Below are positions 12,101 to 24,682 of a stretch of DNA of 64,000 nt, piece after piece. Location of the stretch: NCBI RefSeq assembly GCF_052425735.1, contig NC_135760.1, forward strand, positions 27,218,001 through 27,282,000, given 5' to 3'. The notes under the pieces are model-generated. The model made no database searches. It was not told where the DNA came from and saw nothing but the letters and a program-made list of their open reading frames with translations. How positions within the stretch are numbered: position 1 is the stretch's first letter; every line of letters starts with the position of its first letter. The translations under genes and the position numbers were made by a program. The DNA is from Oculina patagonica (taxonomy: Eukaryota).

Positions 12101-15100
12101 GACAAGTCAGCCTCTACTCACAAAGACAAGGATGATGTCAAGACAATTACCAAGCTTATTGAATCATGTAGAAGAGAGTCCACACATACTTCGTCACCTC
12201 CTAGCAAAACTAGATCACCTCGCATTGACAGAAGTGAGAGTTACACAAAATGGGAAAGAAGGAAACAGATGGAACGAGAGGAGAGACATCGTGACAAATA
12301 CAGAGACTCTGATAGGCATGGTGGAGGCAATGATAGGGATCATGGTTATAAAGATGATCGAAGGTTTGACAAGCATGGAGACTATAGACATAAACGGGAT
12401 GATAAAAAAGTTGATAAGAGAGACAATTACAGATGGGATGATTATGACAGAAACAGAAGTGGAGGCCAGTACAGGGACAAGGATGATTACAAATATAGAA
12501 AAGATAGAGATAGGTATAGTACAAGTCCAAGGAGAGGGGATGACCGTAGAAGGTCAGATTCACGAAATAGAGATCCTAGATTGCGGGACAGAGATGGTGA
12601 AAGTGGCGATGGAAAAGAGGTACATAGTAAAAGACTGAACGAAAGAGATAAAGAGGGACATAATGGAGAAGATGACCGCTGTCGTGATCCAAGATTAAAA
12701 GGAAGAAATATGGAAACTTCTGATATTTACACTAGAGATAAGAAAGTGAAAGAACGGCAGAATGAAGGAGGAAGTTCCAGTTTCAGTTCCAGTTCCAAGG
12801 AGCCTAAAATGGTGGACAGTGAAAATAAAATGTCAGACAAAGACAGAGAGAATAATACATCCGAGTCGAAAATCAAAGATCCCAGATTGCAAGGAAGGGA
12901 TAATGAACAAAAAAGTATTTATGCATCTGCACAGAATGTCAGTAGCAAAGACACTTCTGATCAAGAGCAGAAAAATAACACAGTTGAAGATGAAGATCAT
13001 GAGTCAAGAACAGATTTAGCAAAAGATGAAAGTGTCACTAAAAGTGCAAGTGCAGCAGAGATTATTTCATCTGTGGTAGCTGGTGCTTCACTGGGGGAAA
13101 CAAAAGCAATAAATAGATACTCAGAGGATGCATATACAGTTGGTGTGGAAGCTTGTTCTGATGAGGAGCCATTACCTCCAGGCGATGAGCGTGATGTTGC
13201 TCATGAAGTACAATTAGACATTACCAGAAGCAAAATCAAAGCTGCACAGAATGCCGTAAAGAAAAGGAAACTTTCTGAAACTGTTCAAGATGAGAAGCAG
13301 AGCAATGGATCTAAAGCTAAAAAGATACAAATAGTGTTAAAAAGTGTTCAGCTCAGTGCAGCTGAAACAGAACTGGACCCTCCATTGAACTTAGAAAACT
13401 CACTGAAGGATAAGGAATATGGTGATGAAGCACATATTGGTTGGAGAAATGTGTTGCTTACAGCTGATAAGACTTCACCTGAAGTTGCTGCAGACGTTGC
13501 AGTTTCTTCTTCAGAGGCTGAAGTCAATTCATGTACAGTGAAAAACTTACCACTTACAGAGGACATCTCACCCTGTAATTCTCCTACCATTGAAGCAACA
13601 AGCCACGTGGAATGCAGCAATTCAGCAGTTTCCAAAGAACCATTATCAAGTGACATTTATTCAGACATTGAAGGAAATGATGATGACAATGATGTTGCTG
13701 ATGTGAACAATGATGATAATGATGATGCCATGTCATTATCATCCATAAGCTCAAATGAAGACACTTTAGAAGTGACTGAGCCTGATAGCAAGCCTTTACC
13801 AAAACCCAAAGGCATTTCTGTTCCACCCCCAAATGTTGTGTTTCCACCATATCCACCTCCCATATTCAATCCCAGCATACCACCCCCTCCTTTCTTTAAC
13901 CCAAGGGTACCTCCTCCACCCCTAGGACCTGTTTCTGTTCCCCCTCCACCCCTCCCTGCAGTTCCTCCACCTCCTAATATTTGTCCACCTTTAGCTGCAA
14001 GGCCCATTCTACCGCCAGCAGTACCACCACCCTCTGGTCCACCTATCCCAGTTCCACCTCCATCCATGCCGCATTCTGGATTTTATGATTCAAGGAGAGC
14101 ACCTCCATTCTCTAGTGTCAGTTTTCCTAACAGCGGGAGTTATGGATACCAGAAAGTAGAGCCGAAGAAGCCTTGGACAGCTGTGATCATTGATGAGGTT
14201 TATAGGAACATTTGTGGTGATCTGGACAGGGTTCTCAAGAGAGATATCTTTAAGAAGCTTGTTGAAGCATCTGCATTTAAAGCTTTGGAATCCTGGTGGG
14301 ATAACCAGTCCAAACCTAAGGTGAGTTTGTGCAAACAGCTAGAGTGTCATATTACTCTACAATTCACTTCTTTATTTGGTTGTGTCTCATTTGGCTTATG
14401 CATGCATAGTAATTATTAGATGAACTCTTTGTGATATCCAGAATTCCAAGACACAGTGTTGTACAAAGATACTTTTCTTAAAAGATGTGTATTGTTTATT
14501 TATTGTATAGTACTGCACATAAATTATGTTCTTCGCTTAACTGCCCTAATACCAGCATCCTACTTACCGTATTTATTTGATTATCGTATTTACTCGAATA
14601 AGCACCGCCCCTGAAATAATCCTGCCCTCGAATAAGCGCGCATTTGGGCAAAAAAAGGTAATAAGCGCCGCCCCAGAATAAGTGCCGCAGTTTCAATCCT
14701 GCACTTATTCGACGAATTCTGTTTACCTTCCCCCTAAAAACAGCACTTATATGTACAAAGCAACTCTAAAACAAACTTGGACATTTTTTCCCAGCAAAAG
14801 CAATGTTTTGCAGTTCAAAGTGATTGTTTTACCGCTTGCCCATTAGTTTCTATCCAACATTCTTACAATACGTAGTTCTGTAAATGTTGTGAAGGCCGCA
14901 AACTTTGCCAGGACACCTAGTGCCACTTCTCTCTTCAGCAAGAGACTAATACTGACAACCAAAAGACGCTATTTTCAATTACTGTTAAAGATTAAATTCT
15001 TTTTGGCGGCCAAATTTTAAATAAGCGCCACCCTTAAGTAAGCACCAACCTCGAATAAGTGCCGCACTTGAGGCGCGAAAAAGTTAATTAGCGCTGCAGT

Positions 15101-18100
15101 GCTTATTCGAGTAAATACGGTGAGCGCCCTGGGTGCTTATTAAATTTTTGGACCTTGAGAGTGGGCGCTTATTTGAAGTGGGTGCTTACTCAAGGCTGGG
15201 CGCTTATTAAATTTTCACCATTTTTCAGCAATTAGTAAGTTTATTTTGCAACAAAACAATAAATATTAACAAAACGTGAAGATGTACCAAAGCAGAATTT
15301 CAAACATCCATTGAAAGTTTCTTTAAAATCCTATAAGAATTCGTGGTCCTTGGGATAGTCTCATAGTACTTCTTTATCAATTTCAATCTCATTGCCACTA
15401 AGAAATAATAATCAATACTTCTCCTGTGCAGAGTGGGGGTGTGGGGGGTAGTGGTGGGTGCTTTTTTGAGGCTGGGCGCTTATTAGCTTTCTCACCTTTA
15501 GGGTGGGCGTTTATTCGAGGTGGGCGCTTAATCAAATAATTACGGTATAACAACTACTTTAGCCACTTTCTCTTCAACAGCATTTCATTTTTCCAATTTT
15601 TCATGATGACTGTCACAGTGATTTAACTAACAATTAAAGCACTTTTACATAGATCGGTCTCTACATCTGTAGGTTATACTGAAACAGTCAGATGACTCAC
15701 TCTCGATTTCTATCATTCAGCTGACAGAAACTTCAAGGCCCGCTGTTTAAATTGCACATGCTCCCAAGGCAGTCTATCAAAAATTAGACTGCCTTGTGTA
15801 GCCAATCAGATTGTGAGTTGCCTAATAGTCAGTCACGGGGTTGTGCTAATTACCAATATTGTTCATCGTTAGGCTACAGCACTTACAACTGCAAGTTCAT
15901 CAAAAAACCTACCTATGGGCCAAACTCCAACATCCACAGTTGGACTTCCATCAAACTCAGGCACTGGGGCTTCTACAATTGGACCAAGTCCTTTTGAGAG
16001 GTCTCACAGCACTATGCTTGGCTTGCGTGCTTCACTTCCCAAGCTACCCTCTTTTAAAGTTAAACGGCAACCAGAACCTCCCAAAACTGAAAAGTTGGAT
16101 AGTTTAACAAGAAAGCGTAGTAACACTGAGTCTTCAGATGTACTTGAGCGAGAAACTAAAAGAAGGAACTTGGATGAAAGAGACTCAGAAATGGAGACTG
16201 ATTTAGAGAGCAGCTCTGGATGGGACAGGCGACCGCGAACTGTTAGCAGATTGGATGAGGTGGAGCGTAGTCAGTCACCACAACAACTGGATGACAGTAT
16301 GGATGCTGCTCCACGAGCTACAATAGTGAGAAGCACTGAAGGTGATATTTCCTTGACAAAATAAAAACTAAGTGCTAACCATTTGTTGTTGTTTTTTTGT
16401 TGGAGGCTTGGAACGGACGCTTGAAAAAATGCAGTATAACTGGATTCCACACGTGATTATCTCTTTGTGCTCAGCTGCTTTAATGGGTTCTATTTTTGGT
16501 GGTTGATTTTTTCATTTTATTATTTTTTGTACTGGGCAAGAAAGGCCATCATGATAAGGTTTAAGACTTTGTTCTCCAAAACAAGTTGTTCCCTTTTTTA
16601 CTTAGTATACTTCTTATTCATTTATAGCTGATGAGCGGCGACCAAGTACAGGTTCATCCTTGTACCACACACTGTACTCCAGCAGTAGCAGTAGCAGTGA
16701 ATCAGGAAGTGAGGAAAGTGAGTCTGAAGAGGAGGAGGAGAGCGAGGAAGGGAGTGATGAAGAAAGTGAAAGTGATAGCGAGGAAGAAAGTGAATCAGAA
16801 AGCGAAGAAGAAGAGACACAAGATGAAAACAAGGAGCAAGAAGAGCTGGAAGTTGAAATGGAAGTTGACCAGCAATTTGACAAAGATCAAGAAATGGCAG
16901 CTATACTTGTAGAGGAAAAACAAGGTAATAATTTAGAAAATTGGTGGAAATGATAAATAAGGATAAAACAGTTTAGTTACCCCTTTTGATGCAGAAGTAC
17001 ATGTAGATTGATAGTTACAATATTTTCAGATCCGAAAATATATAATTTCCTATTTCCTTTTTCAGACCGACAAATATCATTGATCATACGTTATAAACAT
17101 TTTATCTGTTTGGTTTTTTTTTTAATCTGATTTTATCATGTACCAGTATACTCCTCAAAAATCATACCTAATTTCTGACTCAACACAAGAATGTCAGGGT
17201 TCATTACAGGTCATGGAAAACCTGAAAAGTTATGAAATTCGAGTGTGGGTTGTGGAAAATGGTATTGATTGTAGAAAATAAATTAGGCAGGTTATTTTTG
17301 GTGAAGAAAAGGGTAAAAAAGTACTGGAAATCAAGACAATACTTTTTTGGAGTGTGGAATGACACATACATACTGAATGAGTGGGCAAGATGTGGGCAAA
17401 ATAGCCTCTAGCCTGCAAACAGGGGGGGGGGGGATAGCAGGGCAGAGAGCAAAAACGATGCATGAGTTTTTTTCTCTTGCACTCTGTGTTTTCACCCTTG
17501 GAACTTGTGTATCACTCTGCATGCTCCACTGTGCTTAAACCCAGTTGTTCAATACTAGTTATGCAACGCTTTCTCGTGGTATACTAGGGAATATCCCACT
17601 TGTCACTTGTATTTTCTCGGTATACACACTCGCCTAAAGGCTCGTGTGTATACCGAGAAAATACAAGCGACAAGTGGGATGTTCCAAAGTATACCACGAG
17701 AAAGTGTTGTGTAACTATTTTATACCATGCCATAGAAAATACGCTTACTAAAGTTCGTCGAGAATACAATCGCAGCGCTCGATGGGAAGGTTGGGTTGAA
17801 TATCTTCGAATATACAACGGCTTTCCTGTATTCTGATTGGCTGTATTTTCTATGGCATGGTATAAAAAGGTAGATAACACTATCCACCGGATGAATCACG
17901 CAGTATGTTTTGTTAAGACTTATCTACTGGATAGCGATTTATCCGGTGGGTAGGGTTATCCAGCCTTTGAACAACGGGGGCCCTGTTCAACAGGCCAGTT
18001 CCTTCTTCACTGTTTGGCAGGCAATCACAATCCAGGATTTGGTTATCTTAGCTGCTTCTGAAGCTAGGAACATAATAAATGTGTACATCAGCTTGTGCAG

Positions 18101-21100
18101 TGGAATACAGCAGCCAAACTTTGTAACACTGTAGCCTCCCAACCACAAAAGTGACACATTAATGTAGCACTAATTGTAGACTAGAGGAAGGTCTTTAAAT
18201 TTCTTTAAAAAACACCAACGGTCCTCTATCTTTTTTTTTTTTTTTTAACAGATGCTTTCCATGAACTCTCTGAAGAGTTGTCAGCTAACTTACTTAGCTC
18301 CAAAGAGAATGAGGATGAAGCGAGCTACAATAAAAACCAAGAACCTGAGAAAACAGTTGAAATGACAACTGCACCTGAAAAAGCTAATTATCGAGTGGAA
18401 CATGCTGCACCCACAGAAACATATCGATCTTTCCACATTGCTCATATTGTACCTGATTTGTTCAAAAATCACGACGATTCTGTCGACAAGGCTACAGATG
18501 TTGAAGAGGAAAAGCTATCACCCGAAAATGAACAAGAAGTAGGAGAAATATACCACGAACCTGTAAAACAAATAAAGCTGGAAAGACCGGATACTCAGAC
18601 TATTGAACATGATTCAGAGAGCAATCACCGCCCCTCAGAAGAAATAAATACAACTATAAAACTTGAAGAATCCTTGGAAAAAACAGAGGTTAAAATTCCC
18701 ATAGGAGCTCCTGTGTTTGCTTTTCAGGATAAAGGGTTACCCGATAAAAAGACATTTAAACCCGACAATCTTGAGTTTTCCAATGAAGAGAGGTCATACT
18801 CTGAAATGGATGAAAACTACAAATTTTCTGATGAACGAATGCCACTTCTGTCTCCTGATAAACCACTGGCTGTGTCACTCATTGAGCTCGACCATTCTTA
18901 TGGTTTAGCTGTTCCCGAAGAACTAGCAGTAACTGTAGAAGAACCTGAAGTGTTTGAGGAGAACAATAAGGAGCCACCCCTCCCTAGTGACAGAGAGTTA
19001 ACTGAGTCACCTGTAGTGGATATAGTGACTGTTGACTCTGCATTGACTTTGCTTCCTGTGCCTGAACTCACTCCTAAGCCCCAGTTTCCTGTACGGTCAT
19101 TTGAGGCTGATGATGAGCTGGTGTATGAGATTCACAGACTGGGCATTGATGCAGAGGATTGCTATTACTTGAAAGTTGGCTTTGAACAACTTCAGCAAGT
19201 CGCGTCTGATTCAGTTGTGGATGCACACTGGACTACTCACCCACATATCCTTTTGATTTCAATTAATTATTATTTTTTAATCACGACAACAAAAACAACA
19301 AACAAGTTTTTTAGAACAGTTAGAATAATTGCAATACAGCTCAAGACAATTTACCGGTACCTTATTACTGAAAATTTTTGCGACACTTTATTTTCACGAC
19401 TTTGGAGAATTTGATTATCATTTCCTCTACTGAATGAGGCACTTTTTTTCTTTCGCCACAACAAAAATTGATGTCGCGAAATTTCGTGTAATGAGAAATA
19501 AAGGTTATGACTGTATAGACTGACTGACTTTTGCATAAGTTTGCAAGTCTGAACTGTGAAAAGTGACTATAGGCAGCCAAGTCTTTGTAGGGTTTATAAG
19601 TGACAAGAAAAGAACTTTTGCTAGCCCACGATAGAGCAAACTCAAGGTAAATCGGATCACCCGGAAATCTTTCTTTCTGTTTGATGGTTAATTCTTCTTT
19701 AACTAATTTCACCGACCGCTCAGCCTGTAACGAAGTTCCGCCGGAAGCAGAAAACAGAGCATGGTGTACGTGTGCACGTGACCGGATGTGCCCGCACTGA
19801 AGGGTATTACAAGATAGACATCAACGAAAAGGCTAAGTACCTACAGGCTCAGAGACGACAGCTGCAGTGTCAGGCTAACGTTACTGCCGAAGAACAGGTA
19901 CTCAGCATTTTGCATCAGTGAATATGAAAACGCTGCCCCGTTTGGGGGTTATAGTTTCCTTTTTGTCCCATATGAAAGAGGTGGGATGCTCGCCGTTCCT
20001 CTTAGGAGTGTAAATTATGGATTTTGGTCTCTCTTAGGGTTTCAGGACAGAACGGCACTATTTTTATCCTTCAAGAGCTTGTTAAGCGTTCATGGGCAAA
20101 TTATCGTCATACAGTGTTAGCGGTCTACATCGCTCACGCATGAAAAATGGTATCTTTTTTTTTGGGGGGGGGGGGCAAAAAAAAGCTTGTGCCACGCCCA
20201 GACTGGTCTTCTTTAGGGATTTAATTCACAGTTTTCCAACGAGCCTTTCAGCCCCCTTCATATTCCCCGTCCCCTGAGCTATAATGATGTACTTGAGCCG
20301 CTGCGACGTACTTCAAAATAGACTTCTTAATTTTCACAGTTGAGTGAGTAGTATAGAGATGATTGCTGTCTGTCATACATTTTATTTTATCATGATTCTC
20401 AGAAAACAGACGTCGGCAACAAGGCCAAACAACAGTCACGTGAACACAGAGCGATTCAAAGAAGATTACAGTCAGTGGTGTGTAACGAGGAATTTGGCGA
20501 CTTGCTTAAATTCAATCAGCTCATGGTAAGAAAATCAACCTAATTTCTTAACTGTGAAAAAACTGGGTTAAACTCCTTGAACTTTGAGTCCTAATCGATT
20601 TTCCTCACTGTTCATTTGCCTTGTATTTTAACTTGTGAGAATTAAGGGAGCATTTTTTTACTTCTCTGCGTGACAATAAGATTATTATGAGGGAAATCTG
20701 AAGGTGGGGGCTGTTGGAGCACACTGAAGTAGTATAGAAATGTTGATATAAGATGTTGATAACTGACACGCTTGGGAATTTAATTGAAGTAAAACTTGCT
20801 TGTAAACAACATGAGAGACATGAACCTCTCTGGAATAATTGAGTTTTCTTGCTAGTGGAGGGGCTCTCTGTATGCGATTTCTGCAGTCTAACAAATAATC
20901 AAATTGCTCTCAGAACTTTTTGCTGTTTGCTCTTTTTGTCAGGTGCGTAAAAAACAGCTTCGCTTTGCCAAGTCGGGTATTCATGACTGGGGTCTGTTTG
21001 CCATGGAATCCATTGCAGCGGATGAGATGGTGACAGAGTATGTTGGAGAGGTGATCAGACAACCCATAGCAGACATCCGAGAGCGGAGATACGAGGAGAT

Positions 21101-21873
21101 GGGAATCGGCTCAAGTTACCTGTTCCGTGTAGATCAGGACACAATTATTGATGCTACCACTAAAGGAAACCTGGCGCGCTTTATTAACCACTGTTGCGAT
21201 GTAAGTCAAATCAAGTTCCTTCGCTTAGTCGTGTAATTTGGGTGCGAGGGTTAACTAACGTCTATCTGTAACCCTGTCAAAAACACTAATGGCATTAAAC
21301 GACCCGGGATATCGTCCTTTGATATTGAAAATCGAGTATGTCATGAGTTCCTCTGCAAAAACCTCTGCACGTAATTGCTACCACAATAAATATTTTGTAC
21401 TATTGTATTTGTGTATCTTTTCCTGTTTGTTACCTGCACTGATTAGTGGACAGTGTTACACCTGACAGAAATCCATAACAAGAACATCTTACAGACTTCT
21501 GACACTATCTAAAAGTTTCTTTTCACGGGTAAAGAAATGTTGTAAAACAGGGTTTTACATTCCTAGACATGACTTTAAAATCGCATTTATTTATTGGGTA
21601 TCTTATTTTGATTTAAATACAGCGTGATTTCCATTACTTGCATTTGTTCTACTCATTGTCTCTTCTCTGATTTTTTTCCCCTTTTTTTCTTCTCTTCAGC
21701 CCAACTGCTACGCCAAGATAGTCACGTTAGAGAATGCCAAGAAAATAGTGATATATTCCAAGAGAGATATTGAAGTCAACGAAGAAATCACCTACGACTA
21801 TAAATTCCCAATTGAAGACGAGAAAATCCCTTGTTTATGTGGAGTACCTCAGTGTCGGGGTACATTGAACTAA
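9166..21873 (+). CDS. SETD1: Histone H3K4 methyltransferase SET1 (SETD1A/B ortholog), ~1953 aa
   Basis: Exons 9166-9274, 9382-9515, 9604-9693, 9876-10152, 11568-14320, 15873-16341, 16628-16924, 18252-19244, 19713-19897, 20403-20525, 20943-21200, 21700-21873 sum to 5862 nt in frame. Recognised elements: N-terminal FKLLIDP..KIYRYNG and DPR, RRM ([11 protein letters not shown]...), [18 protein letters not shown] block, [11 protein letters not shown] motif [15 protein letters not shown] ([26 protein letters not shown]) and post-SET CLCG..CRGTLN. Exon 1 is the least certain. Confidence 0.96.
9275..9381 (+). other. Probable GC-AG intron 1 of SETD1 with TAGTAG tandem acceptor
   Basis: Both acceptors need a phase-1 donor. 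CCAG|GCATGT at 9274/9275 is phase 1, while the nearby GT sites checked (9279, 9297, 9301) are phase 2 or 0. Confidence 0.6.
10673..10830. mobile_element. Palindromic MITE (TGTTGTGGTT termini); further copies at 60241-60397 and ~47071-47284
   Basis: Long imperfect TIRs TGTTGTGGTTTAA.../...AACCACAACA. The 60241 copy has TA on both sides. Confidence 0.85.
14567..15545. mobile_element. CCGTA-terminated Tc1/mariner (Tc2/pogo-like) MITE containing a second CCGTA-type MITE (14584-15120)
   Basis: Outer TIR CCGTATTTATTTGATTA|AGCGCCC pairs with GGGCGCTTAATCAAATAATTACGG and has TA flanks. Inner TIR is CGTATTTACTCGAATAAGC/GCTTATTCGAGTAAATACG. Internal AATAAGCGCC repeats. Confidence 0.85.
17540..17982. 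mobile_element. MITE (CCAGTTGTTCAA...TTGAACAACGG) interrupted by a hairpin element; related decayed copy ~53381-53663
   Basis: The left end at 17540-17552 is separated from the GGATA/TATCC-rich body (17868-17982) by the insertion. Confidence 0.7.
17557..17867. mobile_element. Crypton-like non-autonomous element (long hairpin + inverted repeat)
   Basis: Hairpin 17557-17716 with loop CACTCGCCTAAAGGCTCGTG, then IR TTTTATACCATGCCATAGAAAATAC/GTATTTTCTATGGCATGGTATAAAA. Confidence 0.7.
19245..19712 (+). other. U12-type (minor spliceosome) AT-AC intron in SETD1
   Basis: 5' end ATATCCTTTT, branch site TTCTTTAAC at 19695-19703, terminal AC at 19711-19712. Removal joins [12 protein letters not shown]...GCARTEGY in frame. 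Confidence 0.93.
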
Positions 21874-22390
21874 CATTCCAGCAGTGTATATATCTATATT
21901 TATATTTATCTATGAATTTTGTGCAAAGGACAGAGTTTGTTTAGCGTATTTTGAAGTTAACCACAAAAGAAGCTTATTGCTTCAGTAGTCACGTTATTCT
22001 TTTCGTAATCTATTGCAATGTGCCCCCCCCCCCCCCCACACACACACACACACACAAACACACACACTTTAATCTGTTCTTTTGCAAGAAAAACCGAAAA
22101 TTACGATGATTTACAGTGAGACTTTTTCGACGAATTGCAATGGTTTGTTGATCATTTGTGAACTCTGGACGCCATTTCAGAAAGTGATGTGAGATGGAAA
22201 ACATCGAGTAGTTGTGTTTCTCTTATTGTTCTTTACCCGTGCAAACTACTGCAGCTAGCGCTCTTGTGATTAAACTGGTTGTATTCGTTATACACAGGGA
22301 CATTTTGTCTCGTTTTTGTGGTAGAGTGAAATAAAACTATTTCTTGACTTAAAATAAAGTTTACTGGAAACCTTATTACTGAAATCGATC

Positions 22391-22558
22391 CAGTGGCGCC
22401 CCCCCCCCCTCCCCTCGTATTTTTAGAACAAATAGAGGCCCGATGGGCCGAGAAACTTTTTTTCGAGAGCGGTCCCCCCCCCCCCCCCTTTATTCTAGGG
22501 TCTGGATGATCGCTTCCTCACCCCCTCCCCCTTATCTGAAGGTCTGGATCCGCCGCTG
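22391..22558. mobile_element. Short MITE, CAGTGGCG/CGCCGCTG termini, poly-C tracts
   Basis: Terminal inverted repeat visible; no clear TSD. Confidence 0.6.
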
Positions 22559-22603
22559 CCGGAACTTTGAGATTTGATCATTCGTCCTTCCGATTAGACA
22601 TAA

Positions 22604-23002
22604 GTTAGTTCTCTTCGCGCCATGAGGCGCATAAGGCTGTAACTGTCTCTCGCCAACTAGCCCTGTCTTGCGTTCTCTCGCCAACTAGCCCTGTCTTGCG
22701 TAGCCTCCCACGCAGTCGTAACGCGATCGCAACTAAGAACGACTGCGTGGGAGGCTATGTCTTGCGCTGCGCCCCTGACTTCCGACCAGCTGGACCACCC
22801 CTTCTGTCTACATTCTTTTTTCACCGTCCTTCTCCAAGTGGTTTTAGGTCGTCCCACTTTTCTCTTCCCTTCAGGTTGCCACTCCATCGCCACCATGCAG
22901 TCATCATTCCTCTCCTTTCTGAGCACGTGGCCAATCCAATTCCATCTTCTCCTTCGGATTTCATCACTGATCTTCTTTACGCCTGTTACTTGGGAAATTG
23001 TT
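22604..23002 (-). mobile_element. 5'-truncated RTE-clade LINE
   Basis: Encodes RRRWNWIGHVLRK...WQPEGKRKVGRPKTTWRRTV...ALCASWREEN*, typical of an RTE ORF C-terminus. 12-bp TSD GATTAGACATAA at 22592-22603 and 23003-23014. Confidence 0.9.
22701..22757. mobile_element. 57-bp MITE with TAG..CTA termini and 9-bp TSD (AcademH-type), inside the LINE
   Basis: Perfect 19-bp TIR TAGCCTCCCACGCAGTCGT; TSD TGTCTTGCG at 22692-22700 and 22758-22766. Confidence 0.9.
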
Positions 23003-23140
23003 GATTAGACATAAACTGCTTGTTTTTTTACTCGTAGACCTACTCAGAGCCCCATAACTCATCAAGCCACACCAGAAGATGAACAATAAATTCAGAAGGC
23101 AATAATGGCGTGTTTACTTTTCTCTTCCAGTTCATGGTAC

Positions 23141-23648
23141 TAGAGCGATTATCACCTAAGTATCTAAAGTACCGTATTTTCTCGATTAAACGCCGGGTAC
23201 CGAATAAACGCCGGGTCTCCAAGGTGGAGTTAAAAATATGCCCCTAAGGTATTTATTTAAGGTATGATAAGTTGTATCTATATCAGCCAGATACATTTTT
23301 TGTCAAAAACAGCGAATAAAAGCCGTTTCTAAATGAAAACCAGGGTCGAAAAACTGCGGGAGTCAAATAAACGCCGGGTCCACCCAGGTCAAGTTTGTAA
23401 TAAACGCCGGGGGCGTCTAATCGAGAAAATACGGTACTTTGGTTTTCCATCGCTACGCTTAGTTTCAACTTCCTCGTCCAATCAGAAGTAAAAACAAAAC
23501 CAATCGTGACTCACTCGCACACGTTTTCCCGCGCTTCGTGCCGACTGTAATTGCTTCGAGTTTTGATTGGATTGTCCATGTCCTTTGTGATTAGTCAGAG
23601 TGATTGCTTTGGCTTTGGTTTTAGTGCACTCAATCGAAAATCACTCTA
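23141..23648. mobile_element. MITE (TAGAGCGATT...AATCACTCTA) carrying a nested CCGTA MITE at 23172-23434
   Basis: Inner TIR CCGTATTTTCTCGATTA/TAATCGAGAAAATACGG with TA TSD. Outer termini are inverted; a partial related copy lies at ~63345-63442. Confidence 0.75.
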
Positions 23649-24148
23649 TCATAAAGCTCGAGTACGGCCGGACGGATTGACGTGAAACGGTCCAGGAAAG
23701 ACCGTCCGGTAAACGTGAGTGAGCGCGCGCGCACGCAAGTGAACTAAGTGAGAGCATTTATCAACTTTGCAACAAAACCTGAACACAAAGGTGGTAATAA
23801 AATAAAATGCTTGAAGACTGAGCTTGTCATTTCCCACGGACCTCAACGGGCCAAATACTTTCGCGTCCAACTTATTGCATTGTAAGACAGCTAAAAGGGC
23901 CAATAATTAAAAATAGCCAATCAGAACACTCTTGTTACCGCGGTGTTGGGCCACGACTGTTGTGCAATAGCACCAAAATAACGAAATACCGCGAATCATG
24001 TTATATATCCTATATAACAGAAAAACGTTACAACTTATCACTCTTTTTATAATGTGGCGTTGGATGATGACAAAATATAACTTACTAGCCGTGTGGGTGA
24101 GCTCGGAATGAAAACAATTAATAACAGTAATCAGACTATGGACAGTTA

Positions 24149-24682
24149 GGGCCTGTTTACAAGCAGGTAGGGTAACCCTAGTGCTAGGGTTACCCTAGCA
24201 GGAGGGTTACCCTAGCGCTCCCACATTTCTTCTTTTTTTCATCGACGTGTTTACAAGGCAGCTAGGGTTACCCTAGCACTAGGGTAACCCTAGCTGAGCG
24301 GTAGGTTTCCCTAGCACCAGGGTAACCCTAGCGCCTTGTAAACGCTCTGCTAGGGATAACTCGCCTACCCGGGACAATTTTATTTGGCTCCAAGAAGCCA
24401 GATATGTTTAAAAATACCGACAAAAACAGCGAATTGTGACCAAGAAACATCGTGTTCATTCACAATTTGTCGTATTTTTGCACTGGAACGGAATTATTTT
24501 CGAATAACTGCTTTTTACGACAAAATTTTACAAGGTTAACTGAAGCGTAACCGGTGTAAGTTGACCCGAGTAGTAGGGTTACTCTACCTGCGATTTTTGC
24601 TTGTAAACCCGGGCTATCTTTAAACCCTCTTGCTAGGGTAACCCTAGCACTAGGGTTACCCTACCTGCTTGTAAACAGGCCC
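24149..24682. mobile_element. PIF/Harbinger-like MITE
   Basis: ~50-bp TIR beginning GGGCCTGTTTACAAGCAGG, TTA TSD on both sides, internal CTAGGGT(T/A)ACCCTAG palindromes. Confidence 0.9.

Noticed and set aside
11772-14067. Overlapping and antisense ORFs (Gly-rich, His-rich)
   Set aside because: They are shadows of low-complexity SETD1 coding sequence.
19245-19414. C-terminal part of the 378-aa ORF as coding
   Set aside because: It is read-through into the U12 intron.
24149-24682. Interstitial telomeric repeats
   Set aside because: TAGGGT occurs in palindromes within a MITE, not as tandem TTAGGG.
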